Of a DNA stretch of 64,000 nucleotides, positions 25,146 through 38,149 are shown in pieces; position 1 is the stretch's first letter; the number at the start of each line of letters is the position of its first letter. The notes under the pieces are model-generated. The model did not search any database. It had not been told where the DNA came from and worked only from the letters and a program-made list of their open reading frames with translations. The translations under genes were made by a program, and so were the position numbers. Source of the stretch: Octopus bimaculoides (Eukaryota); contig NC_068981.1 in assembly GCF_001194135.2 (NCBI RefSeq), forward strand, positions 93,084,779 to 93,148,778, read 5' to 3'.

Positions 25146-27320
25146 ATGGATATAAAGAAGCTCACACACACGCATATATGTGTATGTTTGTGTATGCGTA
25201 TGTCTGTGTATACATAAGAAGATAGATAGATAGACAAACATATACAATCTCTCATACATGCTTATTTACCTAAGAAACCTCAGAACCAATGGCGTAATTT
25301 AAACATATTATATAGAAGAAAAGAAACTTCCTTGTAATTCAAAGGCTTTCATGTGGTCATTCTTAAGAATCAAATATTGATTATTCGGCAAAGTAAACAA
25401 AAACATTGTAGAATAAGCTTTACATTTGAATATAAATTTCGATTTCATATTCCAGCAAACATGGTTTCTTTATAGCTTTTGTCGTGTATTTTTAAATAAA
25501 AGAAAAGCATTATTATTTCCACAGAATGAATCAAGCATGATTTTTGTACTCCGTGATCATAGTCTTTGAAAATAGCTTTCAAGGAACATCAGGATGGCGT
25601 CAAGATGTAATCGAAATTGTGTTTCATCTTCAATTCACTGCCTTTTCATATTGTCAATGCTGTGATAAATAATAATTTTAATTGTATATTTTCCTTAATG
25701 CTGGGAATAATAATAGTGATAGAAAAAATACATATATCTTACTTATAAATAAGGTTGTCAAAGTTGAAAACAAGAGAGTTACGTTATTCTGATTTCACTA
25801 GCGGGCGCATTCTGGAAATTTCGTGATATGTGCTGATGTCAAGATGGACGACTAACACTCATTTCGTTTATTGAGGCATGTAAACTTCCAGCAATTACAA
25901 TAAAGCAATAACAGCCAAGCTTTTCGTACTAAGTGTAATCTGATTCCGGCTTCTTTCTGCCTTTGTTTCTCCTTTTGCACGTTCCAATTATTACACATTT
26001 CCCTTTCGTTGGTCTTGTAATGTTTTGTAAAATTCGAATTTACGGAGGAAAGATTAATTCCTCATTGTAGATGGATCCCTCGTTACTGAAGGTGGTACAC
26101 TTTTCACAAAATATATAATCCTATTTTCACTGCCTTCTTTTCTTTTGATGTTTCACTGTAACGCAAATGTCAGTCTCACAAATCGGATGGCGTGTTAATG
26201 CAGTCAGAATGAAATCAGTGTCATCCATTTCTTCATATTGTCGTTCCCTTCCTATCTCCACTTTATTGTTAGCTCCGGTGGTGAATATTGAAGAAGAGTG
26301 CCACTTCACTGACTCATGGAAATGAGGACGTGACGATTTTTCTCAGACATATCTATATTTCAACGTGTGTGCCTCAAGTATCATCAATCTGATTTAGTTG
26401 TTGCCGTTGCTTTTACTTATCTTCTTTGAAACTTGAGCAAAATGACCTTAAACGATTTCATTACCTCACATATCTTCCTTACATTTCTTAGTTAAAAGCA
26501 TTCCTGTTAGCTTCAGATCCAGAGCACAAGATTGGATTGTTGTGTGGCTTTGCTTAAACGTGAAAACTTGCACAGTACTGCTACATCATACAATCGCGTA
26601 CTCCAGAGAGTGTGGTGTGGGTACTTAACACCTTACACGAAGGTTAACACAAAAGTATTGAACGACTATCAACTATGTACTTGATGGCATCCCTTGTATT
26701 TTATCTTCCCATACGTTGTAGAATTAGCTTTCGGAGAGCTGAGTCTAGTGCTATTATAGTTTAACTTTACACTACTTTTTTGATTTGTCTAGACTACGTG
26801 TATTCTACAATACTCCTCGCCTTTTGCTGTACAGGGGGTATTACTCTTCGTGTCTGCGAACGATGCAGCTAATTACAGGACGTCTGTGAAATCGGCAAGG
26901 AAGTATGTTAACCTTCTTCTCACCAGTGCCTAGTTCATAAGTTCAAGCAGAGACCAGCCCGTCTTATGAGGAAATACCTCCATGCAGTTTATCCCTGCTG
27001 AAAAGATTCACACTTAGGGTTCACATATAGGTGAATATAATTGCACATTAGATATTTTGTTTGTCTTCTCAAAACATATGCTAATTTAGTTATTCAGTTG
27101 TTTCCTGTTAATGTCATGGTAAGTTTTGCTGAATTACTACAGTTTACATTACGTACAACTTGTATATGAGAGTATTCATTGATTTTTGTTTAGATTTTTT
27201 TTTCCTTTAGAGTTGATACAGTTTAGCTCTATTGGAAAGTATTCGAATGGAGTCACACGTAAATTACAGCGTTATTTGGAACAGGAACATTTTCCAGTTA
27301 GAAAGAAGGGATTCCAAAAA

Positions 27321-27345
27321 ATACTACTACTACTACTACTATTAC

Positions 27346-27390
<45 letters not shown>

Positions 27391-27483
27391 CAACAGCAAC
27401 AACAACAATAACAATAATAATAATGATAGTATTGTTTTTGTTATTATAATCATCATTATTTTTATTACTATTATTATTATAAT
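27321..27483. repeat. Compound (ACT)n/(AAT)n/(AAC)n/(ATT)n microsatellite at a SINE tail
   Basis: Direct reading; abuts the 3' end of the minus-strand SINE at 27488. Confidence 0.95.
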
Positions 27484-27487
27484 TAAT

Positions 27488-27692
27488 GTTTTTAAATTTT
27501 GGCACAAGGCCAGCATTTTCGGGAGGAGGGATACATTGACCCCAGTGTTCAACTGGTACTTATTTTATCGATTCCGCAATGATGAAACGCAAAGTCGACC
27601 TCAACGGATTTTGAACTCAGAAGGTAAAGTAAGGCGAAATATAGTTAAGCATTTCGCCCACCATGTTAACGATTCTGACAGGTCGCGGTCTT
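27488..27692 (-). mobile_element. SINE family A copy (tail type 3)
   Basis: Reverse complement of the family A head/core; tail ctggccttgtgccaaaatttaaaa. Confidence 0.8.
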
Positions 27693-27704
27693 ACTAATCA
27701 TAAT

Positions 27705-27925
27705 AATAATCCTTTCTACTATAGGCACGAGGCCTGACATTTGTGGGGGAGGGGGCTAGTCGATCACATCGACCCCAGTGCTCGACTGGTACTTATTTCA
27801 TCGACCCCGAAGGGTGAAAGGCAACGTCGACCTCAGCGTAATTTGAACTCAGAACATAAAGATAGACGAAATGCCGCTAAGTATTCTGCCTGGCTGGCTA
27901 ACAATTCTGCCAGCTCGCCGCCTTC
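27705..27925 (-). mobile_element. SINE family A copy (tail type 1), head-to-tail with 27488-27692
   Basis: Well-preserved reverse complement of gaaggcggcgagctggcagaa...gtcgatgaaataagtaccagt...caggcctcgtgcctatagtagaaagg(att)n. Confidence 0.88.
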
Positions 27926-28329
27926 AACATATCATAATATTAATAGCCGAAACAACAACAACAATAATTGCTCATTTATTGCCATAAGGCCTGAATTAAA
28001 GTTTGGCATATGAAAGGAAATGTCATTGGACAGGCCATTCAAAGGAGATGATATGCTCGCCGCGCAGCCAACTATCGCTGCTCATATTTCCACGACTTAT
28101 GTAGGTTTTCTGTAACAATCATCCTCTCTTGCCGTAGAATTACGGCAAGCCATCTAGGTATGCACTGAAATCCATTCCATGTTCTATCCCATCATTTGTC
28201 CGAAAGAGTCAGTCGAGCTGCTGCTGAAAAGTTTACATATCTGCTTGATTTCGAGATACATGCGCCAGTTATCTTTTTTCTTAGTTTCCCTAACTTTTCC
28301 TAAGTTACTAAATCTCCCGCTATTCTATT

Positions 28330-28900
28330 TCCTCTAATGCTGAGACCTTACTATACTTACTATATGTTTTGTTTGGGATGCTCTTCATATTGCTTTTGCG
28401 TAGTTTGTAATGTTGGTGGTGTTTATAGTAACAGAGACGCTTGTTGTGTTATTGTTGGGAGTGTAAATGTCTGATTTTGCATCGGTTTGTGTGTTTCTTC
28501 TTAGCTGCTCGATTTTAGTTTGGTGCAATGATATTCAACTCCCAATTTTGTTTCATTTCCCCATCACAATTTGTCATTTTAGTCACTCATGCAAACTGAT
28601 TTGGGTGTTAACAGTAGGTGAACTTTGTGACGAACAGAAGGGATATCTTTGCGGACTTGAGTATATCTGCGCCTTTCGTTTGACGGACTGGTGTGGATGA
28701 GGTTATTTTGGATTACGGTGGTGGTGGCGATACATCTTTCTAAACTATGGTTTTGGCGTCTACATTTGTTTCTGAAAAAGTCTTTCTTGGAGAATTTGGC
28801 GATGTTGTTGCTGCTTTTGATGCTGTTATTGTTAGTCTGGTGCTGTTGATGTAACGTCTGCTTTTGTGCTGAAGGAGTCAACAGCAGCTTCGGTACCTAA
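28330..28900 (-). mobile_element. Possible Penelope-like GIY-YIG relic
   Basis: A/C-rich minus strand; NKCRRQ..RCI..TVI and WELNII..RA..RCK fragments loosely follow the Penelope C-terminal pattern. Confidence 0.3.
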
Positions 28901-29223
28901 ACAATTACTCTTTCCCTGTCTGTAGTCTTATAGAATATACATCTTATTTTATTATGTTCTTTGTTATCCCATCACAAAAATGAAGTTATCTAAATCTCGT
29001 GGTACCGCAACCACCTTATTTTGACCCCTTTCTAACTGAGATATGTTCGAAGCAAGAGCGGTTTGTCTATCTTTCGTATTGTAGTTGTGTTTTCCTTCGC
29101 TTCTTATTCGATTTCAAATCACACCTCAATTGTGGAAAACCGTCTAACTTGAATAACATAGGTTTTTATGTGTTAAATTGTTCTAGGAAACATTTCACTT
29201 TTGGGCCTGCATCGCTCACTCAC

Positions 29224-29510
29224 ATCACAATGTCTTCGTTGTAAATAACACATTTATATTTGGGTTTCATCTTAACATTTGTGGCAGCGTGTTTATCTTT
29301 ATTGTTCTGCTGCTTTTGATAAGATGCATTTTTGCATATCTTAGTTATTTTGACAGATAGATTGTCTCTAGCCTTGAGAAACCGTTTCCAATTTCTTTGC
29401 CGCCCAACATGTTTACCGTATTTTATTATATTAAAGTTTGAGCTGTTATTATTAATGGTGGTCTTGCGTGTCACTATAGTTCCTATTGTTGTTGTTGTTC
29501 TTGTTGTTGC

Positions 29511-29556
<46 letters not shown>

Positions 29557-29865
29557 GGTGGTGGTGTTCTTGTTCTTGTTATTGCTGCTGCTATTGTTGA
29601 TATTGTTGTTTGTTGCGGTATGAAGTACTGAGGTAGAGTTCGTTTCCTGTTCTTCGTTTGTACTTTTGTTGGTGTTCTGGTCGTTACTATTCTTTGTCAT
29701 ATATTCTCTGTTATCTGCACTAGATAATGGTTGGAAACAATTTTCATAATGGCTCTTCCAAGAACCATATTCTCTCTCAAGTTCAGAAACCATACGCTTT
29801 CTTTTTTTATTTAAAGATTCGAATTTTCGGCCCAAAGGAACGAATATTTCATGATGCAAATTAGC
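29224..29865 (-). CDS. Candidate host exon (unknown product) spanning an (AAC)/(ACC) repeat; two overlapping open frames
   Basis: The in-frame TAG upstream of ORF 29452-29859 doubles as an AG acceptor (29866-29867). A second frame is open 29220-29697 and its stop lies inside a consensus GTGAGT donor (29218-29223). No recognised domain. Confidence 0.35.
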
Positions 29866-29974
29866 CTATGAAGATGCCTGTTGGCTTCGTAAAAAAATTG
29901 TACAACCAAACCAAAATTTATTTTCTTGAAACCAACTAAATTAAGTAACAGAAAAAGCGCTCCATAATAATAAT

Positions 29975-30175
29975 AATACTTTCTTCTATAGGCACAAGGC
30001 CTGAAATTAGAGAGTAAGTGACTAATCGATTACCTTTGACCCCAGTGCTCAAATGGTAATTAATTCATCAACCCTGAAAGGATGAGAAGCAAATCGACCT
30101 CGGTAGAATTTGAACTCAGAACTTTACGGTAAGCTTTTCGGTCGGCATGCTAACGAATCTGCCAGCTTGCTATCT
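29975..30175 (-). mobile_element. SINE family A copy (tail type 1)
   Basis: Reverse complement of the family A core (gaggtcgatttgcttctcatcctttcagggttgatg) and tail (caggccttgtgcctatagaagaaag-tattatta). Confidence 0.8.
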
Positions 30176-30224
30176 AAAGGAAATTGTAGAGATAACAAGT
30201 TGAGTAGAAAACAGTAATAATGCT

Positions 30225-33200
30225 TAACCGGCAGATAACGTGCCTAGCAGGGAAATAGAAATTAATGGCGACGTTGGCGCTCTCAGCAAACGAAGCAGAA
30301 GTAATGGAAAGTGCTATATCACAATATCACGATGATGATCAAAAAGATTTAGACACAATGATGTGCCCATATATTAGAGAAGACCAGGATCAAACAACCC
30401 CCAATCTGAGGTACATTGATCGATGCAAGCTCAAGGCTAAACTCGAAAGGATAGATTCTGTTCTTGGACTATTCCAGACGGGAAATATAACTGAAAATAA
30501 CAAAATTATTTTGGCTGCAGCTATGGTTGCTGCAGATACAAAAGAAGAGAGAACAAACAGAACGTAAAGAACCATACTGGGGTAGACGAATTTGTGAGAA
30601 AGAAACAAAGTTAAAAAGACATTGAAGACAAGTTAAAAAGACATTCAAGACTGAAAAGAGGAGAATTGCAGAACGAAAGCATAAGAATAAGACTGAAAAG
30701 AACATATAGCATAAGTGATAAATGGTATGATGTGATATTGGTAGAATTGAAAGAAAGAGTAGTGGCAATCAAAGAAAAACTGGAAATATATGACAATAGA
30801 ACAAAACAATTTTAGGAAAAACAGAGCTTGTACCGAAAACCAGTTGGCGGAGAATCCGCCTGGGGTTAAACTAGATGTAACATTCATCTGCCACTTTGAT
30901 GTGGCTACTTGGTTTACTCTTTAGATGTTTTGAAACAAATCAGAAAAAAACTGTTTCAGGAAATAGTCCGCAATTACACATGACAATGATGTCAGGTGCC
31001 GAGGAAAGCAGGGTATTTTGGGGAAGTATCTGGGACCAACCTGTAAAGCATAATGATGAAGCGGAGTGGCTGCATGAAATCGAAGATGAGTTAAGAAATA
31101 TAGATGGCCAAGACAACATAAAAATGACTACAGAGATGATAAAAAAAACAGTTAAGGAAATTCCCAAATTGGAATAGCCCAGGACCGGATGGAGTCCAAG
31201 GATGAAGAAGGCTCCATGAAAGGATAGCGCAACAGTTAAATGAGTGCTCGCATGAAGGCGCAGTGCCCAGCAGGATGACAAAGGGAAAGACATTGTTATG
31301 TGCCAAGAAAAGAGTAATGTTGCATACACCTTTCGACCAATAATGTGTCTTCTGCTAATGTGGAGACTGTTGTCAGATGCTTTGGCCAGTTAACTGTATA
31401 GATACTTAGAAACAAGTGAGCTGCTAACTATTGAACAGAAAGAATACCGAAAGAGGAGGCGGAGAACTCAAGATTAGCTGTTAATTGATAATCTAATTAT
31501 CAGAAACTGCAAAAGAAGACACACAAACTTGATCATGGCATGAATTGACTATCATAAAACATACGATATTATATCACATACATGGATAACAAGAACAATG
31601 GAAATGTATGGAGTAGCAGTCTTATATTGAACAGTATGAAATGTTGGAGAACTGAATTGACAACAGGGAGTCAGGTACTAGGAGAGGTGAAAATCAAGAG
31701 AGAAATCTTCCAGAGAGACAGCGAGTACCAATTGATATTTGCGTTGGGAATGATCCCATTGAGTAAAACACCACAGAAGACAAAGTTGGGGGTATGATCT
31801 GGGAAACATAAGAGAAAACTGAACCATCTGCTATTCATGGACGACTTGAAGTTATTCAGAAAAAGTGAAGCAGGACTGGATAGTTTAGTTCAATCTGTGC
31901 GGATTTTCTCGAATGATATTAAGATGGAGTTAGGACTCTCAAAATGGGTTACAGTGGTAATGATACAGGACAGAAGGCATATGGATGCCAAATGGTGAAA
32001 AGATGAATCCAATCCAGTTATAAATACCTGGGAATACTTGCGGCAGATGGAATTAAACGCAACAATATGACGGAAAAGATAAAGAAAGAGTACCTGTGGC
32101 GAGTGAGAGAAATATTGGCTTCAAAGCTGAATGCCAGAAACATAATTTCGGCAATAAACACGCTCAGTCAAAGAAGTTGGATATGCCGCTGGAATCCTTA
32201 AGTGGGCAGGCGAAGAGCTAAAGCAGTTGGACAGGAAGACAAGAATGCTCCAGACGATACATGGAACCTATCATCCATGTGTTGACACTGATCGCTAATA
32301 CATGAAGAGAGCAATGGGAGGAAGGGGACTGATCAGTGTTGAAGAATGCGTACGTGTCGAACTCGAGAGCTTAATGAGACACCTAGCCCAAACTAAAGAA
32401 ACACAGCTAGTGTCTGTTAGGAATGAGGAAGTATTGAAAGCAGAGAGAAAAAGAAAAACAAAAGAAGTACAAAAAGGACATGAAGAAGCATTACGCAACA
32501 AGGGATTACACAATCAATTCCGCGCAGCCACAACCGAAGTTGCTGAAAAAAATAGGTGGGATTCACTGAAGAAAGGAACACAACAAAAAGAGACTGAGAG
32601 CGCTGTAGGGCAGCGAAAGATAAATCTTTGGCCACGAATTGAAGGGTCAACCTTATGAATGAGTAAGTGTCTTCGCTGTGCTGCATCTAAAATAGAGTGG
32701 ACGAAACCATTGCCCATATCATGAACTAATGCCCTAGACTTGCCTCAAACTACTACAAGTTGTGACGACACGATAAGGTAGCGAAAGTGCTACATTGGAA
32801 ACTGAGGGGGACACAGGGAGGCAAGACGTGGTATGAGCACAAGCTGCAGAAAGTGGCGGAGTCAGAGACTTTCAAAATGCTCTGGGATTTCCCAATCCAA
32901 ACAAATCAGGAGCTTGCGCATAACGGACCGGACCTAGTAATGGTAGACAATAGAAGAAAAGTGAAAGAAAAAGATGAATACAATCCTTTTAAGTTAAAAA
33001 TAGCCCTGCTATGGAAAATGAAGGCGGTAAAGAAAGTGATAATTGTTGTTGGGTCGTTGGGGACAGTATCAGAAGGCATCAAGAGGAATATAAAGGAAAT
33101 TGGAACAGAGTGACCAGTAGAACTGTTACAAAAGATTTGCCTCCTTGGCACCGCCAGAATAATCAGGGAAATATTAGTGGAAAAGAACTGATATCATGGT

Positions 33201-33279
33201 ACCGTAGGCTGAAGGTAGCAAGCCCGCTACACATGTGCGACTCTAGGAGGTTCATGAAAACCTGAGAGAAAAAGAAATT
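30225..33279 (+). mobile_element. R4/Dong-clade non-LTR retrotransposon (RT + CCHC + restriction-like endonuclease), decayed
   Basis: RPIMCLLLMWRL; IDYHKTYD; REIFQRDS; HLLFMDDLKLF; YMKRAMGGRGLISVEEC; CLRC..ETIAHI...RHDKVAKVLHWKL; MLWDFPIQTNQELAHNGPDLVMVD; IVVGSLGTV; ELLQKICLLGTARIIR. Followed directly by (TAA)n. Confidence 0.9.
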
Positions 33280-33309
33280 AATAAGAATAATAATAACAGC
33301 AACAGCAAC

Positions 33310-33399
<90 letters not shown>

Positions 33400-33421
33400 T
33401 AATAATAATGATAATAATAAT

Positions 33422-33486
<65 letters not shown>
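33280..33486. repeat. (TAA)n microsatellite, about 200 bp
   Basis: Direct reading. Confidence 0.97.
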
Positions 33487-33487
<1 letters not shown>

Positions 33488-33660
33488 GAGGTCCTACAGA
33501 AACTTTGTCTCTTAAGGACAGCAAGGATTATCAGGAGTGCTCTAAGCACTTGAAAGACAGCTGAAAAACTTGCGGCTATCTAAGGTTACAGGTACTCACC
33601 CGCTACCCACATAAATCCTACTAGGAATACGACCAAACCTGAGGAAAACCAAAACTAACA
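33487..33660 (+). mobile_element. Second, 5'-truncated R4/Dong 3' end
   Basis: EVLQKLCLLRTARIIRSALST* parallels ELLQKICLLGTARIIREIL of the upstream copy. The 3' UTR shares agg...ggta...cccgctac and aacctgag. Followed by (GAT/GAC)n repeats. Confidence 0.75.
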
Positions 33661-34665
33661 ATGATGATAATGACGACGACGACGACGACGACGGTGACGA
33701 CGACGACGACGACGGTGACGACGATAATGGTGATGATTTGAGCAGTGTTGTTTATGATCTTAAAAATGAATATGGGTTAGAATACTCTTTGGTCTCTACA
33801 TATGTAGACAGGACACAAAATCGATGTTGTGTAGGTAATGGTATTTCTAATAAATCTTCAGAAAAATTCATTTGAAGCAGCTGCAACACTAACATGTACA
33901 CACACTCTAACACACACGTACGCATGCACACGCACACACACACACACACACACATTACATCAACCATTGCTACATGTTTAAGACAAACGCAGTAAAATCG
34001 TGATATATCGGAAGGTGTTCCAACAGAACCTACTGGTTTTTTTCTGTATGTTTAACTGTAAAAATACTTACAGTAGATTATCCACTCTTTTTGACAAGGG
34101 CACCTGGATATCGTTGGTTTCGAAGATGCTGGTAAATAATTTCTAACAGAAAACCAGAGAACCTATATATGTTATCTTTCACATTAATGTCAGAACCTTT
34201 AAGAATAGGATGATAACATAAATGTTAATGAATCATATCGAGGTGTATCTACGTCTAACTGCATAGTTTAAAGAGAGAGAGATGAATTTGCTCTCATAAC
34301 CGCCGTTACAATAAAGGATAAAATTCAAGAAAAAGTGGTTAGCAATTGTTCTGCTGTATATATAAAGATCGACCTTCTGTAAATGATAAGATTTGGGGCT
34401 ATAAATCGTTGCAGTCGTCACATTAATATTCTTGGTTGCCATTATCAGTAAATATCTTCATATCATAATTCTAGTCATCGTTAACATTTTTACTGAAACT
34501 TTCGTTGTTTCTTATTTCTTTGTTCACCACCTTGTCGATATCGATTTTAATTATTATGTTTCCGAAGTATCCCCATTCATTTTCGTCCTTCGGCACAACG
34601 ACCGTCTTGTCGTCTTTAAGGATGACTGATAACGCAGTGACTTTGTTTAACAGAAAGAATACTTG

Positions 34666-34900
34666 AGAAGTCGGCGAGTTGGCAGAAACGTTATCGCGCC
34701 GGGCGAAATGCGTAACAGTATTTCGTTTGTCTTTACATTCTGAGTTCAAATTCCGTCGAGGTCGACTTTTCCTTTCATCCTTTCGGGGTCGATAAATTAA
34801 GTACCAGTTACCCACTGGGGTCGATCTGATCGACTTAATTCCTTTGCCTGTCCTTGTTTGTCCCTTCTAAGATTAGCCCCTTGTGGGCAATAAAGAAATA
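34666..34900 (+). mobile_element. SINE family A copy (tail type 2) with a perfect 14-bp TSD
   Basis: agaaagaatacttg at 34652-34665 and 34901-34914 flanks a well-preserved copy. Confidence 0.92.
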
Positions 34901-37134
34901 AGAAAGAATACTTGTGTCCTGTCAAATTAGCTTTCTCGCCCGAAACAAGGTTCAATCTTGTGTCAAAACCAAGTCAAGACGAATGGAAATAAAGGTAGAT
35001 GTATTAGATGACCAAAATGTTTGAGTTGCGTCATCTTGCTCCTTGTAGTTACCTTTCCCTTAGTTGAGCCAAGAATATTTCTTATTTAGAATTCGCCGGA
35101 TCCAATCTTCACAAGTATAGGTAGGACAACCCTAATAAGCTAATTAACGCATAGCTGGAGCTCTGACAGTTGCTACTTATCCTAGTTAGAGAAGAACTGG
35201 GAATAATAGTGGCTAACAGGTTGTTCGACACTTCTGAAAATCATGAAAGTCCCCAAAACAGACGCCTAACACTGGATATCATTTACAATTATAGCGATAG
35301 CAGCAGACAAATAATGCAATCAACTTAATTGACAATACCATCTTCTTAAAATCTGTGACTTCGTGACTATGTTCAAAATTTATCATCTCTATACTTCTAT
35401 AAACCTTACCTGCAATAGTTATATAAGCTCTAATATGTATGAATGTACGTTGGTGTCAATAATAAAATATATTACTAGGACATTAGAATGTTATATTAAT
35501 TGTATATTTAGCTCTTCCAGCAACTTACAACTATGTACATTTAAACCATGCAGTGACCATTCCTTTTAATACTTTCATGTAGGCAAAATGTCTACGAGAC
35601 ATATTGCTCCAAAGGTTCAATAAATTATAAATTTCTTACGAAGTGTGTATCATGTGTCGATTAAAAATTAAGTTCTTTGTATAGTTGATTTAGTTGATAA
35701 TGCAAGTGTTTTTGACTGAATGAGTGAATGAACGAAGGAAGTAATGAAGGTATATGATTTCACCAAACAATGTCTATTACCTTTCGTTTCTTACTGCAAG
35801 TAATTTCATATTACTCACGCTAAAAATATTTTTATTCATCACCAAGCATGAAGGAAATTTAGTTTCTCTTTCACTATAATTAACTGATCTAATGCAATTT
35901 CAAATTTTAAATGCCTGAATGCATAAACAGCCCTGAGAAGTATGGAGATATCCACACAAACATATTTGTTTTGCAGGAATCTCGCAAAATGACCAACGAA
36001 CGGATTTTTAATGAGTTTTTCAAAAGGTATTCAAGGTTTTATGTTAGAATTTACAAATACACATATTCAGAAGTACTAGTTATTATTAATTCTTACAAAA
36101 TTATGATTGGCAACTAAACATTTAAACAGTGTAATATTCAGATACCTCCATTGAGATGCTCGTGATAGAGTAAATGTCAATCCAACAGATGGGAAGACCA
36201 ATAGTACAAAGAAAGTATATACTGCAGATTATTTGTCTGGACATTAGGTCGAATAAACTTGTATTTCTGTACTATTCATAATTTTAAAAAAATACTTATT
36301 TGTTTATTATTAACAATATTGTGCCGCTAATCATTGAAACGAATATATATTTGTATTGATCATTCTTTTTTTTAAAAAAAAGCAATTATTCACTTACCGA
36401 TAAACAAATGAGTTCATTGAATCTACAGACATTTACAGAGAAGCAAACGATCAACCTCATATTTTCTATGTATTTAATTATATTTTGATTAATAATGGTA
36501 ACGTTGCTAATGAATTAATCCAAATATCGGCTAACATCATTAATATGAGATAGTAATTTTTTTCAATAGACTTAAGTAGTTCGTGGATGCAATTATTATC
36601 TAATCGCTTCACTGGAAAAATGCGCAGCTTTTTTCCATTCATTGATTCCAGTAATTACCTGATGGATATCATTTGCCGAGAAACGCATACAAATTTTACA
36701 TTCGAAAAACTTTTGAATTAATAAATTTTCATTATCCTGTTTACCTCAACGGTTTGGTCACTCAAGGACTAGAGTTTAACTACTAGGTAGTCAACCATTC
36801 ATATTAGAGTTCCGGATATTACCTGCACTTTTATGATCTGGGCTAGAAGTATATTAATTTAGGAAATGTTTTTCATGTAGAAATTGATTTTTATACATGA
36901 TGTAAACTATAACATTGAAATACTTTTACTGTTTTATATATTATATAAGCGGATTTCATTTTCATACACAATACATTCACGCATAAGTGCGTCGTAGTGT
37001 ACGTGTAATATGCATATGTATTTGTATATATGCATTATGTATGTATATATGTATGTGTGCATATTCTGTTTGTTTATGTACGTAAGTATATATGCATATC
37101 CATACATGTGTGTGTGTGGATGATAGTGTGAAGA

Positions 37135-37432
37135 CAGGTGGCTAAGCGGTCCGGGTATTCATCTCACGAATGTAAGGTTGTGAGTTAGATTCCCAGTGAT
37201 ACGTTGTGTCATTAATTCACATGACTCCAGTTCACTCAAACCAGCAAAATGAATTGTATCTGTAATTCTAAGGGCCTACGTTTCACATTCTGTGTTATAT
37301 TGAATCTCTGTCAGAATTACGTTATGGGTACGCCTGACTGTGAAGTATTCAGCCACTTGCCTGTTAATTTCACAAAAAGGTTGTTCCGTTGATCGGATCA
37401 ATGGGAACGCTCGTCGTAACCGGCGGAGCATC
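37135..37432 (+). mobile_element. tRNA-derived SINE (same type as 20460-20750)
   Basis: gtggctaagcgg head; tail ttcagccacttgcctgttaatttcac...gttccgttgatcggatcaatgggaacgctcgtcgtaacc is the reverse complement of the family D tail. Confidence 0.75.
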
Positions 37433-37467
37433 ATTTTATAGATAGTAATTTCTCGCAGTTCGAGAAA

Positions 37468-37700
37468 GATGGTTACGCAATTTCTTGCTGCACAAATCAT
37501 TCGTCTACATTGATGAAATGTCTGTGGGATATATTAGTGCACTTTCTCTCTCTATCAAATCAACAAGCCTGAAAATGTGCACGATTCAACACGCGCCAGG
37601 TGTCGAAGAGATCGCAGAGCAATGTGGGAGGAAGATTTTGTCTCAAGAACGTAACGCCCCACCCGGTCAAGAAATTGAAATCACGATCTTTGGCTGTAAT
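37468..37700 (-). mobile_element. tRNA-derived SINE family C copy
   Basis: Reverse complement aligns with 21480-21690 (gttcttgag, attgctctgcgatc, gatttgatagagagag, aatgatttgtg). Confidence 0.65.
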
Positions 37701-38149
37701 TTCAGATCATCTCTCATCTTTCAAGAATATTTAAGGCGGTCAAATATATGCCTTGCCGGGTAGGATCTTTCGTTCCATGTCACTATCATATGTTCAATAT
37801 AAATGTCCACAATGCGTTTGATTCGCTAGAAATACCACCTAAATCTTCCTAAAAACTCACCCAATTTTAAAAATGGAAGCGCACTGCATTTATATCAGAT
37901 GATAAGTCTCATTTGTCATCACTTACATACCAAGATGACATTATATTGTTACATCACCTGATACTTCAAGCATCCTCTCTCTGAAACACACCCTTACATA
38001 TTCAATAAGGAAGATCCATTGGGAAACATGATCCTAGATGTTCTGATTGAAATAGAATTTAGTGATCCTAAGTCTCTTATAGCAGGACTGAAATGGGACA
38101 AAACATCAGAACATATACTAAAGAGCTATCAGTCTACTATATGAACGTT

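Noticed and set aside
25850-27000. Possible decayed LINE endonuclease (DFILT in ORF 26127-26309)
   Set aside because: Only one short motif; no collinear series could be verified.
28128-28149. 9-bp hairpin cttgccgta-gaat-tacggcaag
   Set aside because: Too short to separate from chance in 64 kb without further context.
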